64,000 bases of DNA from Leptogorgia sarmentosa. Its lineage: Eukaryota. Under the pieces are notes generated by a model. That model searched no databases and was not told where the DNA came from. It saw only the letters and a list, made by a program, of their open reading frames with translations. The stretch spans positions 4,154,001 to 4,218,000 of the forward strand of contig OZ210885.1 in assembly GCA_964658305.1 (NCBI GenBank), given 5' to 3'. Positions 48,782 through 62,035 of the stretch are shown piece after piece. Each line of letters starts with the position of its first letter. Within the stretch, counting starts at the first letter, position 1. The position numbers and the translations under genes were made by a program.

Positions 48782-49398
48782 AAGTTTAATTTGGTGTTTA
48801 GAAAGTGCCAAGGGAAAAGTATGTCAGGTAACTGTAGCCAGTATAGTATTGACACACGGATGTAGAAATTTCAAAGTACCTCGAAGGTTGCACTCAACAC
48901 CTAAACGATGAATTTACAGAATTGTCCGATCACCTTTACAATCTTTAACGTCGCGTCCTTGCTCGAAACTTGTTAAGTTACACTCGTTTAGATGCTGAGT
49001 GTAACTTTTGATGTTATTTATCCACTGCCAATATTCGGCGGCTGATATAGTCTGATATTAACCACCTATACCAATATTGTATCTCATTTCGAAATTGAAA
49101 AATATGAAATCGCGCGTGAAACATTGCCGGAAATACAAAGTTTGGTCGTGTCAAGTAGTTTTTAAAAATTGTATAGCGAGCCGCCTTAAAATTACATGTC
49201 ATTGTAACATAAACCAAAACTGCAAAAATAAAAATGTTTTGAGCTGAACTACTGGAAAGCGTGTCAATTTGACATGGTGTTGTCACATCACTGTTGTGCC
49301 TAGTTCAGACCTTGAACTTTCCATCTGCCTAACGTAATTGCAAATAACAAAGAGCTTGGGTCATTAACGTTAGCCTCATCACATGGAAAGTTCAACGT

Positions 49399-49542
49399 CT
49401 GGGGTCGGTTGTATCTCTTAACTATCCGTTTTGTAGTTAAATGGCAGTTAACTTTGAAATACGCGTTTCTGATTGGTCAATTTTCGCACTTAACTAATAA
49501 CTATAGTTAACTTAAACTGCGTTTTTATACAACCGGCCCCAG
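49399..49542. mobile_element. MITE of the CTGGGGCCGGTTGTA family
   Basis: CTGGGGTCGGTTGTAT / ATACAACCGGCCCCAG termini. Confidence 0.7.
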
Positions 49543-50792
49543 ATCTTGGCGTAATATACCGATTGCCGATCGGTACACATTTACATGAATGTATCAGCGT
49601 ATTACTCAGTTTGGGACTTTTAAAATGTATAGTGGAATGAGTGCACGGAATCACTCGGGTTTCGGGTATATATACATAGTTTACACGCACTAGAATCTAG
49701 GATTTGGAGTCGCGTTCCTTTAGACAGATCCAAAAACTTTTAACTCAGATTTCAGATTAAATGTTGCATTTCGCAAAATCCTGAATTAATCTGTTGCAAG
49801 AGGTGGATTGTTCGGATTGAATCATAAATCCGATCCGGATTGTTAACTTTCCTTTTGAAATCATTTCGGATGTCGCAACAAATTTAAAAACCCTATACGA
49901 AGTACTTCCCATTTTACGAGGGGACCCGCAGCAAATCAAGCTTTAGCGTTTCATTTGTATTGAAAATCTGAGTAATCCGAATCAAAATCTGGATTCTCAA
50001 ATCGAACGCGACTTTAATGCTGTCTACCATATTCATATATATTATACATATATAGTATGACGGTTTTTACCATTTAAATATTATAAAGAAAATATATTCA
50101 TCGATATATTTTGCAATTATATCAAGGTAGTATTCATTATGGAATATAGTTTTATCAATTGTAGAGTTTTTAATTAGTATCCATGTTTTAGATGGAAATT
50201 TAGAGAATTTAAAGGTTTGATGTGTTTGCACATTTGTTATATAGCCAGTATAACCGCCATTAATGTTAAAGCAGGCCACGGAACACACAAAGCAAATGGA
50301 ATTTCGCAATCTAAGGGCTGTTTATATCATAATTTTGATTTTGTGCATATGTTTTGTGGTATGGAAGTAAGTTACTCCATGAAACGAAAGAACCAAAGTT
50401 GGGATACTTCAATATTGTTCAATAAAAAATATATTTCACATAAACTATTGCCCGAAGACATTTTGTTAATTTGATATTTCAGCGGAACAAAATCTATTTC
50501 TTCCACTGTGATTCTTCCCTGGTTTGTGTGTTTTAAGCACTTTGCTGCGGTTTATATGATATCGTATTTTTGAGGGTGTGGGTGTGAAAAATGTAATGCT
50601 TTCACAGCACGCGGAATTATAGATTAGTCTAATAATGCTTCAAGCATATGTATAAATATTATTAGCAATACTTATCTCAATTAAAAGCTGTGTGGTTTGG
50701 GAGAAAATGAAAAATAAATGTATAAAAGAGATGCAATGACTTGGTGGTAATATTTTGTGCAATGGGCTTTGTAAGGGGGGAGGGCCCGAGGA

Positions 50793-50900
50793 TTAGGGTA
50801 AAAGGCGGGTTCGGAGGGTTAAGGGTAAAAGGCGGGTTCGGAGGGTGAGGGTAAAAGGCGGGTTCGGGGGTGACGGTAAAAGGCGGATACGGACGGTAAA
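50793..50900. repeat. G-rich ~25-27 bp tandem repeat, about 4 units
   Basis: GGTAAAAGGCGGGTTCGGAGGG repeated. Confidence 0.85.
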
Positions 50901-51414
50901 GTGTATAGTGGGAACAATTCCGAGGTTATTTTGTTGGAGATAATGAGACCTTTTATTGCATCATGTGAAGGCACACGGTCACCCTTTGAGTGATGTGATT
51001 TACGACGTGAAATTTGATCAGAAAAAGCCCTAAAATCCCTTTCCCGCACACAATTTGGCAAAATGCAGGGAGGATATATAGAGGATATTACACGGCGGTG
51101 CGAAGATAGGAATTTTATCTTTGAGTGCTGAAAGCAATATTCTACGAATGACTGAGCGCAGCGGATGAGTAAAATATGATTTTACCACGAGAAGATAAAA
51201 TTCATATCTTCAAAGGGCCATGTAATTTTCTTTTTATTATATGTAACGCTAGTAGGCAAAATTAATTTTTGATCAATAATGCTAAATTTTTCAACGAAAT
51301 ACATCACCATATCAAAATTCAAAGAATACCTGGGCATCATCTTAGTGTTTTCTTGTAGTATTTTCATTTTATCAACAAGAACATTGTTTTAAACAATTAC
51401 TTCCGTGTTTGGAT

Positions 51415-52377
51415 CATTGAACTAAAAATACCTGGAACGCTAACTCCTATGATTTTCCCTATAATTGGCTGAAGCCGGCGCGCAAGAAAATTAACATTCA
51501 AAAGGACTGGGGAGAGTTCGAAGGAGCGAGAATTTTTTCACCCAGCTTGTTTTTGAGCAAAAATTGGCAAGAAATACACGGTTTTTAAAAGAAAAACATC
51601 AATGTTTTGGGCTAACACAAGGTTGCCTGTTTAGATCCAACTGTTTTACGTCCATCTGCCGCAAAAAGTGAGGATTTTTATTTATATATTTCAAAAAAAT
51701 GACAAATGTTTTGATGTGTCAAAAAAAATTTGCTCTTCAACCGACAAAAATATATATTATGAAACGTTTAAACAGTCCCAAACCTATTTTACAATAAACG
51801 CCAGGTATCCTTCTTGATTTTAAACGTTTTATTGCCGCTTTATAACATTTAAAACATGAATAAATCGACGTTTTTCGAATGGTGTTATTTTCGGCTTCGC
51901 ACGCAATTTGAGTACTTTGAATAAACATTGTTTTGGTCAATTTTTAAATGCATTTTTTTCGACTGTCAAACCTTCAATCTTCACGAAATTTCGCACACAG
52001 ATGTATTTTACATAGGGTTAAATAATTCCTGAGGTTTGACGTCTTAGTTTCACCTCAGACTTTCAATAACTCAGAAAAAGTAACCAAAAACGCGCGGTTT
52101 TTTGGCTCGTCCATGTCAACAGTGGATTTTTTTCTTTCTTTTTTTTGCCAATTTGCGATTAGTTTATTTTGCGAATATAAAATTTAATTATCATGCTATT
52201 AATTTAAGTTAATTTTAGTGGCTAACTACTATTTAGGGGCAAGATTTATGTGATTGAAAATGTGCTCATTTTACTACAAAAATTTGAAAAAGGACTGGGT
52301 CTACCTACAAAAACAGCTTCAAACACGGCTTCAACTTCTCCCCCTGACTTAGCGTTCCAGGTATTTTTAGTTCAATG
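51415..52377. mobile_element. 963-bp non-autonomous DNA transposon, P-superfamily-like
   Basis: Perfect 29-bp TIR CATTGAACTAAAAATACCTGGAACGCTAA and perfect 8-bp TSD GTTTGGAT (51407-51414, 52378-52385); no transposase ORF. Confidence 0.88.
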
Positions 52378-52688
52378 GTTTGGATGGCCCGAATACGATT
52401 CCCAAATACGCGGGAAAGCGCGCGAAATCACGAACCGAATGCGAGTGATTTTGCGCGTTTTTCTCAACTCCCGCAACATTCCCGGTACCTACGGAAACCT
52501 ACGCCGGTACGCCCCTTGATATATTTCTACCGCTATCACACACTTCTAACATTGAACCTCACAGCAAATTCGTGACCTTGGATGTAACTGGATGAAACTT
52601 GGATGAGTGACAACATTTGCTAAATCAAATATATATTTTAATATTTTCTTCAGTGGCATGATTGAAAAGGAAATAATACTTGAATAAT

Positions 52689-53032
52689 CAGGGGCGCCGG
52701 AAGCACGGGGGCAGCGGGGGCAGCTGCCCCCGTTGCCCTTACGGTGCGGGGGCAGTGCGGGGGCAACTCGTTGCCCTTTTCCACATGGAGGATATGAAGG
52801 ATATTTCATTAATCATGCATTATTAGCGTTAACAGATGTTTAAATATAATTCAATGTAAAGTAATACGTAAAATAAAATCGGATCGAATTTATTTTATGT
52901 AAAATCATCTGTGCAGTGTGGCCCAGTATCCATATAGGAAAATCTTACCGCACAGGAACATTTAATGTCTAGAAAAAGATGCCCTTTTTAAATGGCTGCC
53001 CCCGCCGCTTCAGGTGGCTTCCGGCCCACCTG
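52689..53032. mobile_element. hAT-like MITE
   Basis: CAGGGGCGCCGGAAGC / GCTTCCGGCCCACCTG termini with perfect 8-bp TSD TGAATAAT. Confidence 0.85.
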
Positions 53033-53552
53033 TGAATAATGTCGAAGTTTGCCAAAACAAGAGGCTATAGATTGCTATATTTGTATATTGCTATTGTAAA
53101 TACATAATTTTGTAGCATATTATAATTATACACTTGCGTATACGTATATACTTTGAGCTTTTCTGTCAATCACTTTCAAAATTTATTTGGCACAGTTAAA
53201 AACGTTGAACCGTTCATTATAATACCAAGTCATCCACAGTTTATTTCGTTTAGTTTGAAATAGTAAATGATAAATTAAATATACATTATATCAGAACGCA
53301 ACAAATAGTGAATTCGCTATCTAAAAATGATGTGCATTTTGCAATTTCAGGTATACTTGTTTATTTTGATGTTTTCTCGCATTTTACTACGGACTACCAT
53401 GCAATACACTGAATTACGCCGAATTAAGCCATCATGGCCATGAAGCAAAATCATAAGGATTTTTAGACTTGTGGCAATTGAAATACCACGCGGAAAACGT
53501 AATTTGGAAAGAGAAAACGTAACGTAATTTGGAAATTTGAAAACGTAATTTG

Positions 53553-53830
53553 GAAAGCGCGCTATGCGTATAATTTATCCATCAACATCATACCAAGAGG
53601 CATTAGCCATTGCAGAATTAGTCCCTTTCGTCGTACGTCGCCAGCAACTTACAGATAAACTTTTTAATCAAATTTCAAAACTTAATAAACTTAAAATAAA
53701 CTCTCATAAACTTAATAAATTACTGCCATCAGAAAATAGCTCCACGATAAATTTAAGGAATAAGCGTAAATTTAGCATACCAAATGTTAAGACAAACCGT
53801 TTTAAAAACAGTTTTATAATTAGTAGTATA
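53553..53830 (+). mobile_element. 3' remnant of a non-LTR retrotransposon ORF2 (post-RT region)
   Basis: KRAMRIIYPSTSYQEALAIAEL..RR....LF....HKL..LLP....LRNKRKF.IP.VKTNRFKNSFI is a typical C-terminal tail of CR1/L2/Rex1-group LINEs. Confidence 0.7.
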
Positions 53831-54894
53831 GGTAATAGTATGGTTTCGAGTGCAATTTGGGAAAAACATGCACGAGTGAGTTTTTCAACGAAACTGTCCG
53901 GTATGCGGCTTAACTTTTGGTTTTAACTTCGGCTGAAGTAGAAGACATTGATGATCTGAACGTCCGTAAGTGCTGCACGTCATAATTCAGACACATTTGT
54001 AAGTATCTGGTGACTGGTGTAGAGTGTTCTAACCCCTGGTTACGACTTCCGAAGGGGGTGTATTTCATGAATTTCCGTTTTCAATATAAATATATTGTAA
54101 TCAATAACTTGTTATTCCTTATATGTTTAAATCCATATAAGAAAGTTCTCAGTGAAAGTTATGAAGGAACGACTGTGGTGGGCGGGAGTGTTGGGCTCTT
54201 TTGTCGCACGTACGTTTTGTGGGTGGAGACATGCGGATGTTTCTCTGCATGGGTCTTACCTGGGCTTCGCAATATTCTCACGTCTGTTATGACTTATGAC
54301 TAGATACTTTATTTATGATATTGGGTAGACAAAATACAGTTCACTACTGAATTAAGTTGAATTAGCACATTCGTGACAACAAGATAGTCACTGCATGCCC
54401 TTGACAAGAAATTGGAAGGTAAATAATGATTAGGGAGTAATCAGTCGTCCTTGTAAATCGGAAAGTGTGTACTTGGAAATAACGTTAATTATAACGTGTT
54501 GATAAAATTTCAATTTCACAATTTGAATCAGTATTGTAATGAGGCAGTCTCAGTACTCTAATAGTTAGTCTACGCATTAAAAATTAATATAAGCCGAGAA
54601 GCTGTTGCTGCAATATAATAATAGTACATTCGAGTTTTTCGTGCAATTAAAAATTAGAATGATATTTTCACCATCACTGAGTGGACCGATTGAAAAATGT
54701 AGACAAAATTTTTAAAAATCTCTGTAAATCCCAACATCCGTATCAAATAAAAGAATTTATTCAACTAAAACGGTAAATATACAAATTACAATATTCAAGG
54801 CCTTAAAAGATGGCGTTTTATTGCCATGGTATATGATTAATTGAGCACTGCATGCACCTATTATAAATTATCAATTATTGGAAATTGATGATTA

Positions 54895-55146
54895 AAACCC
54901 CGCACAGACGAGCATTTTTTCCTTGACAAATTTCTTGACAAGTTTATTTTCTCGTATGTACGGCAAACAATTTTTCCTGGTTGGCCGTACACACGAATTA
55001 TTTTCCTGGTTCAAAAGCTGATCATGCCATCTTTTGAACCAGTTCCTTGTTAAGGAAAACTTGTTAATTTTTTGTCGTACACACGAACAAATAAAACTTG
55101 TCAAGGAAATATTGTCAAGGAAAAATTGCTCGTCTGTGCGGGGCAT
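54895..55146. mobile_element. MITE with internal CTTGACAA/TTGTCAAG repeats
   Basis: CCCCGCACAGACGAGCA / TGCTCGTCTGTGCGGGG TIRs. Confidence 0.75.
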
Positions 55147-56154
55147 AACATCAACAAATCGTAAGTCTAGACCGAGAGTTGCATGAATAAAATATCGAAT
55201 AGTACTAAACATTAAAACATATAAAGACAATGGATGAAAATTTACTGCGACTAACAGATGCAATCAGTAATATTACATAACAGTTGCTGCATACCGGCTG
55301 GGGTTGATACGAATATAGTCTTCTTACGACATGACAATTGTGGCTGCCAGTGTAACAAAGATCACAAAGTGAGGGCGGGATTGTCGGGCTCTCAGTTTGT
55401 GCCGCACGTAGCTACATTTTGGGTGGAGAAATGTCTGAATGTCTGATTAGGATTTAGGATTGCTTTTGTTGATGATTGTTCAAATACACAGAAAATTCTT
55501 CGCCACAGCTGGAAAGAGCATCATTAATTTAGTAGAATTTTGAAGTTTGGTTACAAAATAATGTAAATTTTATATTACGCACGACAAAGAATTAAGTGAT
55601 CAGATTTCTAATGAAACTTTTTAATTCAAAGGTTCATCTGAAAGGGGAAAGTTCATTTGGCATTGTCCTCGAAGCTCAAAACCCCAGGACTAAGAACTTC
55701 AACTGGAAAAAAACTGGGGGATTTGAATTCCTTTTTTATTGATAAATTTTAGTTTGGAAAATTGGCGATATTTCTCTGAAAGCGAAAACAAGATGAATAT
55801 GCATGATAAAGATCCTCAGCGCGGTGAAGCGTATGAGGGATTATAATATAAGTAGGGTAAAATCTGCAACGTGATTGGCTAATGAGCGTGCATTATAACA
55901 GCGTAATGCACGCATCTAGCTATTAAATTTCTCCCGCGACTTTTTGGTTTGACAAAAAGACAATAAAAATACATATATACTAAAAATACATCCATAAAAA
56001 ACGCTTGAATGGTTTGCTTTCGCTCAGCTAAAGGAATAAAGCTGTGTTGCTGCTTGGCAACATTTGAGAACACGCTTGATTACATGTAAAGAGAATTGTA
56101 ATTTTGATTTTCCTAACGAAGTTTTTTGTTGCGCTAACATTCTCTTATATTATA

Positions 56155-56347
56155 AAAGAAATAGAAAAACTCGTCGCGTGCCATTATGCAGCTATAATTG
56201 CACTCGGGCAATGTTGTGAGAATACTCGAGAATCGCGTAAAACACTCGGCTACGCCTCGTGTTTTACGCGATTCTCTCGTATTCTCCTAACATTCCCCTC
56301 GTGCATTATAACAGCATAATGGCACGCGACTCGTTATCTATTTCTTA
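56155..56347. mobile_element. Fold-back repeat element
   Basis: Imperfect palindrome aagaaatag..tcgcgtgccattatgc / gcataatggcacgcga..ctatttctt with a central gcgtaaaacac..gtgttttacgc hairpin. Confidence 0.65.
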
Positions 56348-56781
56348 ATTAAATGAGACTCCCAACCTCGCTCCCAACAAGCCGTTCAATCTTGAAATTC
56401 GAGGTTTTGTAGTTTTAAGTTTTGACTCTCAATTGTATTAGGTGTATTTAGCAAAGACAAGTAAACAGAGGTGCATTATAATATTTAAGGAATAGAAATA
56501 AATTCAAAAAACAACTGATTTCAAAATAAATCAGTCGGGCAGAATACGAAATATAAATATAAATATACACATCCCAATTAACGTTCTACCTACGTCCCTG
56601 GTCAAAACATTCTAAGCATGAACTAAATGTGGAGCAAATCAAGTTGTTATTGATTTCCTATGTCAGTGTGTAGAACTTATGAGTTGTCAAAATACTATAC
56701 AATACCTTCCTGATACACCTTGTATAATGTGCGATTTTCTCCTTTTGACGGATGTGAACGATTAAACAAGTCACGAACATT

Positions 56782-57026
56782 CTGGGGCCGGTTGTACGAA
56801 GCCCGTTTAGCGTAAACGACGGATAAATTGAAAAATAAAAACAAGTCTATTAACAGATTGAACAACAAAACTGAAAGTTTTCAACATAAATAGAACAACT
56901 ATGACTGTCACTACGTATTTAGTGCATGAAATTTCAATTCATGCGTTTACAAGAATTACGAGAGTGTTATTAAATTATGATCTATCCACCGTTTAGGCTA
57001 AACGGGCTTCGTACAACCGGCCCCAG
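56782..57026. mobile_element. MITE of the CTGGGGCCGGTTGTA family nested in another MITE
   Basis: CTGGGGCCGGTTGTACGAAGCCCGTTTAGC and its exact inverse. Confidence 0.85.
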
Positions 57027-57174
57027 ATGAGGTCAGTGAACTATTATATAGAGTTCACTGGGTGAGGTAGCACGCGCTCAGCACATCCGTTATTAATTCA
57101 CTCGTTCACATCTATCAAAAGGAGAAATTCGCAGCAAAAAATCGCTCGTGTGAACTGTGAACAGGCCTCAATGG

Positions 57175-57388
57175 GGGCGGGAGGGTTTGGGTCTTTTGTG
57201 GAGTCATGCGGATGTTTGTCTGCACTGGTTTGACGTGGGCATCGCCATGTTGTCACGTCTGTCATGACTATATAAATATTGATTGACTATATACAGTTCA
57301 TTACTGAATTAGCTCATTTGACTGAGTCGTTATTTGCAGATCAGAACAACAAGATATAGTTATTGTCCGTGTCAAGAAATTGGAAGGT
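57175..57388 (+). promoter_or_regulatory. Putative GPCR-1 core promoter and non-coding first exon
   Basis: GC box GGGCGG (~57175), TATATAAA 57269-57276, donor GGAAG|GT at 57386/57387; conserved in the paralogous cassette. Confidence 0.55.
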
Positions 57389-58774
57389 ACTGTAAATAAT
57401 GAGTAAAAAAAGTGAAATTACTTGAGTTATTTAAACGATATTTAACAGGACAGGAATATCACCGTCGTGCGATCAATGACAAGCTTAACGAAGTAAATGT
57501 ATTTCGTTACGTAACGGCCGGGAGTACGATTTAGAGTACGATTTGGAAGATTAAAAAGTATAGCGATTTACTAACTTTTTATGGTATTATTGGTTTAACA
57601 TTCTGTTGTTCTTAGAATAAATGTCGAGTTTTGAATTCGACAGTCTTCCATCGCAAACCAATTTGCATGCAATGATACTAGTGAAACTCGATGATTTCTG
57701 GTTCGTTGTTTACTTTTGAATTAGGACTTTATAGGGAAAACGACTATCCTCCGTCCATATATCATCCCGGCTCCATAGTACAGTACTTTTACTTTTCACC
57801 CTTACTTCACGTATTTGATCTATTTTCCTCTCGTACTTTCTACTTTTACCTCAAGTCGTTTTAATTCGAATTACTGCTACTTTTACTTGACTATAAAATC
57901 AAAGTTATTCAGTTAGTCACCACTTAGGTATAAATTAGTATTGTCATTGCAATAGACAAGTTTATCTATCTTAAAATCTAAGTTTAAGCGAAGAAACGAA
58001 AATATAACGCCACCAGGTGGAATCAGTTAACCAAAATTGGTAGCTATAACTGTACAGTTTGGTGGGTAATGTCGACAAAATAGGGATATCAGGGAGTACA
58101 ACGCAAGTTTGAGACGCGGATCCCGGATGTGCTTACCTAAGCCTAGTTTTCGAGTGTAAACCTAGTCAAAGTTGTCTCACTGTTGTCAGGTTCTATTTCT
58201 GCGACAATCGTAACGCTGTTATGAGACGTTAAACTTTATAGTAAAAATGGTGAATGCACATTTTCCCGCTAAAATGATAAACTATTATCATTCGAGACAA
58301 TATGATATTTGCAAGTATCCGCCGTCGAGTGGTAAAAACCTTTGATAAAAAATAAATAAATTAGCCTCTGTTAATGTTATGTTGTACATTTTTTCTAGTA
58401 GCTATAATTTCCTTTTATTTCCTGTCATAGAGATACTTTAATGGTATGTTTGCCATCGTTTCAAAACCTGTTTAATGCGACATCCGCGTCGTTCATTCGC
58501 GTTGTAGGTTTCGAGTGCCCTATTATGGCCATGCGACGTTTTTATTTACAATATTGCTGTTTATAAGGCGGAAGTCATTGAACACCAATTTCCGCCTGAA
58601 ATGGGTGTTGATTTAGCTTGTGCCAATGTAATATACGAAATGAGAGGACTATAGACTTCAGTTTGATGAAGCGATTTCTATCAGTCTGATGCCATATGTA
58701 AAACACACAGAAAACAAACAGCTCCGTTGTCTTGCCACAATCTCTAAATTCAAAAAAAATGTTTTTCATTTCAG

Positions 58775-59761
58775 ATGAATGACACAAGCTCAAACAAAAG
58801 AAGCCTAAACTTAATTTGCATTGATGGCACTTCACAATTTCTCATTTGGAATAATCTGGCATTTGGTATATTCAACATATTTTTAACATTTGCAACGATA
58901 CTACTTAATTTGACCATGATTGTCGCGTACATGAAATCAAGAATTTTAAAAGCAAAGAATGCATATTTTATGGTCTTCATGTTGTCAGTTAACGATCTCA
59001 TTGTTGGGTTGACATCTAATGTCCTATTTGCTACAATTTTGTTGGACGAATACAGTTCGCAAAGGACCGAATGTCTTCTCAACAACATACAAATATTTTT
59101 GTTGCTATTTTCCTCGGGGTGTTCATTCAAAACTCTGATTGTCATGAGCTGGGAACGTTACGTTGCAATATGCCATCCGCTATTCCATCGAACGAAAGTC
59201 ACTCAGAAACGTCTCAAGAAATGTCTGGCATTTCTTTGGTTTCTTGCATTCGTTTGTACAGTACTTTCGTGGCAATTCATTGAATTTTTTGATTACGTGA
59301 TTGTTCCTGAACTTATGGGTTTCAGCATTTTTTTAGTCTATGTTTATGCAAGAATTTATTTAGCAAGTTCCAGATCGTCTAAAAACGTCATTCAAAATGG
59401 AGGACAGCAAGACGCTGATGCAAACACTGCGAGGGAAGATCAACGACGCCATTTCACATTGAATATCAGGCTAGCAAAGTCTTGCTGTCTGGCTGTGGTA
59501 TCTTTTGTTCTTTGTTATTTGCCATCGTGCATAATTACGAACGGAGCGTTTAACTTTGAAGGAGATTTGCGAATATCATTTATTGTTTTGGCGGAAACCC
59601 TTATTTTGGCCAACTCGAGTATAAATTCAATTGTGTTTTTTTGGAGAAATAAACCTCTGAGGAGAGAGGGGCGTGCTGTTCTTAAACAAGTTTTCGCGCG
59701 AACAACGTTTTTTGTCACTAGGGATGTAGAACAAACAGTAACTGTTGAAATTTCTACGTGA
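58775..59761 (+). CDS. Class A (rhodopsin-like) orphan GPCR, 328 aa, single coding exon
   Basis: Seven hydrophobic segments; TM1 LN, TM2 LSVND, TM3 SWERYVAICHP, TM6 CYLP, TM7 NSSINSIVF, helix 8 WRNKPLR; N-glycosylation sequon NDT; acceptor tttcag directly precedes the ATG. Confidence 0.92.
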   Translation: MNDTSSNKRSLNLICIDGTSQFLIWNNLAFGIFNIFLTFATILLNLTMIVAYMKSRILKAKNAYFMVFMLSVNDLIVGLTSNVLFATILLDEYSSQRTECLLNNIQIFLLLFSSGCSFKTLIVMSWERYVAICHPLFHRTKVTQKRLKKCLAFLWFLAFVCTVLSWQFIEFFDYVIVPELMGFSIFLVYVYARIYLASSRSSKNVIQNGGQQDADANTAREDQRRHFTLNIRLAKSCCLAVVSFVLCYLPSCIITNGAFNFEGDLRISFIVLAETLILANSSINSIVFFWRNKPLRREGRAVLKQVFARTTFFVTRDVEQTVTVEIST

Positions 59762-61834
59762 TCCCTTCTACGTCGAGTAGCAAAGCGTGAAATCAAGTCG
59801 TGCTGCGGGTGTAAGAGATTTCAGGCTCCTGCTCTAACCTCCCCTCCTATAACTGGCCATGTAAGACGAACAGTTACAAGATTCTCTTGTTGGACGACAT
59901 ATTTCGTCACAGTTAAATCTCAGCCGAGCGCCATGTTGGGGAGGCCAATTCGAGCAGTTGGCTGGCCTCTTCAATTGGTTGGCCTCTTCAAACGTGCATT
60001 CTGCAAAATGATATATCCTATCCTATCCAATACTCTATCATCACTCAATCCAGCTTACTTCCTCTTCCAACCATCCAATCGCATTCTAGAGCTTTCTGGC
60101 GACGATCAACCAGAGCCAAAAAGGTTTTCCACCTGCTGTGGCTGCGAACTTCAGAAATGAAAATGCTATCAATTACGAGGACGAGTGGCAACACTAGAAT
60201 TAGATTTCAGTAGATTGGACAATTCCTGACTGATGGGAATTTTAGCAAATTCACATGGGGCACAGTGTCGAAAATAGACCTTATTTTTATATAGAGAATG
60301 TTAAATTAGTTTGACTTGAAATATTAACGCAGTGACGTGTTAGGAAATGGGACAGTACTATAATCACGTGATTAGGGAGTAGACAAATAGATTTCTAGGC
60401 TCAGGGTGTAGTTATATATGTATATAGGAAATTTGCTTCGCGTATTGTGACTTGGTATCACGTGTTTTAAAACGATTGTGATTTTTTACATTAAATTTGT
60501 TTGTTTTCATTATAATTATTATTTTGTGAACGTGTAGGATTTCTGATTGCGCATACCTTTTCCTACGAAACAATATTTTCTTCAAATTGCAGTAAGGATT
60601 ATATTGGCTAAAACGGAAACACCGTCTGTTTGTTGATAAATCACATTGCTCCCTATAAATCTCTCATGCACGCGCATCTTTGCATTCAATTTAATCCTAA
60701 AAGTCACTCATTTCGCTGTATTTTTACGATTTTGATGACCGAAAATAGAAAAAGAACATTCATTTTCGCGAAATACTGATTTTCCTGAAAATCCTTATCA
60801 ATAAGCAGCTTGAGAAGAAGCTTTTTGAAGCAGTCTATATGGTTTTTTCTTATAGCTAGGTTAAAAACCAAGGTAGAGATTTTTATTATAATAAAAAGCG
60901 ATAACCGCGACTTCCAACTTCTTTATATGCTCTAATTAGCTCATATTCTTTTGTTTTTCCGGGGTCAGCTAATTGAAACTTCAATTCTACAGCACGTTTG
61001 GTAAAAAAGGAAACGAGTGAAATATCATTTGGTTAAAATCTGAATGCCTTTTAGGATTAATTTGAATGCAAAAATTCGCGTGAGAGATTTATAGGGTGCC
61101 TATATTTGCTGATTAAAATATCTTTGTCAAGCCCACGATGGCTCGCTCTTGCGAATTGAAAGCTGCTTCTGACATTAAAAAAAATTTTACGGAAATGACA
61201 TGTGGGTTAACGTTCCGTTAATTTTGAACGTAGAATTTTCTGGGGTTTTCGTTATAACCACGGAACCGGTTTTTACTTCCCTAATAACCCAGTAACTGGT
61301 TGTTACCTTTTCGTAATATAACCACGCATTTCCTCCGGAGAAATAAAATACCACCGCGAGCTTTCAGAATCAAGAAGGTTATTATGGGAAAATTCAAAAC
61401 CGACGGAAAACAAAGGAATATTGGCTGATGAGTTTATAATGTCACATAAAACTCATTAGACATCTCAAGATTTTAGAAACTCTTCTTCCAGGGGAAGTTG
61501 TTTCGTACCGTTGACCACGTTCTTTATCAAGACATTAATGACTCAATAAATTTAAATTTTCGAATAGGACATTGAATTTCGCGTGTGTAAATTTCGCGGG
61601 GGATATTATTCGCGTGACTTTAATTTGGCGATTTTTTCCAATCGCGAAAATCGCAAAATTAAAGTCACGCGAAATAAGATAGGAATGAAGTAGAAGTGAT
61701 ATAACTTTAATTGTTTCGTTTCAAAAATGACTCATTTCAATACTTCAAAAACATCTTTAATTCAATTTAATCCCGGGTAAGTGGGATCATGTTTAACAGC
61801 TTCTAACTAAGGGCGATAGTGTTTGGCTCCTTTA

Positions 61835-62035
61835 CTGTACGGGTGGAGAAATGCGGATGTTTCTACACTAATGGGTTTTGTGTGGGCATCGTAAGATTGT
61901 CACGCCTGTCATGACTATATAAATTTATCATCGTATTAATGGTTAATTCATAACTGAATTAGCACATTCGAGTGTTATTTGTAGATCGTATAACAACAAG
62001 ATATAGTCACTGCCCGTGTCAAGAAATTGGAAGGT
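61835..62035 (+). promoter_or_regulatory. Putative GPCR-2 core promoter and non-coding first exon
   Basis: Paralogous to 57175-57388; TATATAAA 61916-61923, donor GGAAG|GTAATG at 62033/62034. Confidence 0.55.

Noticed and set aside
58771..59145. Antisense ORFs over the GPCRs (also 63741-63986) and over the ABCC and oxidase exons
   Set aside because: Shadow frames of real coding strands; their apparent conservation comes from the gene duplications.
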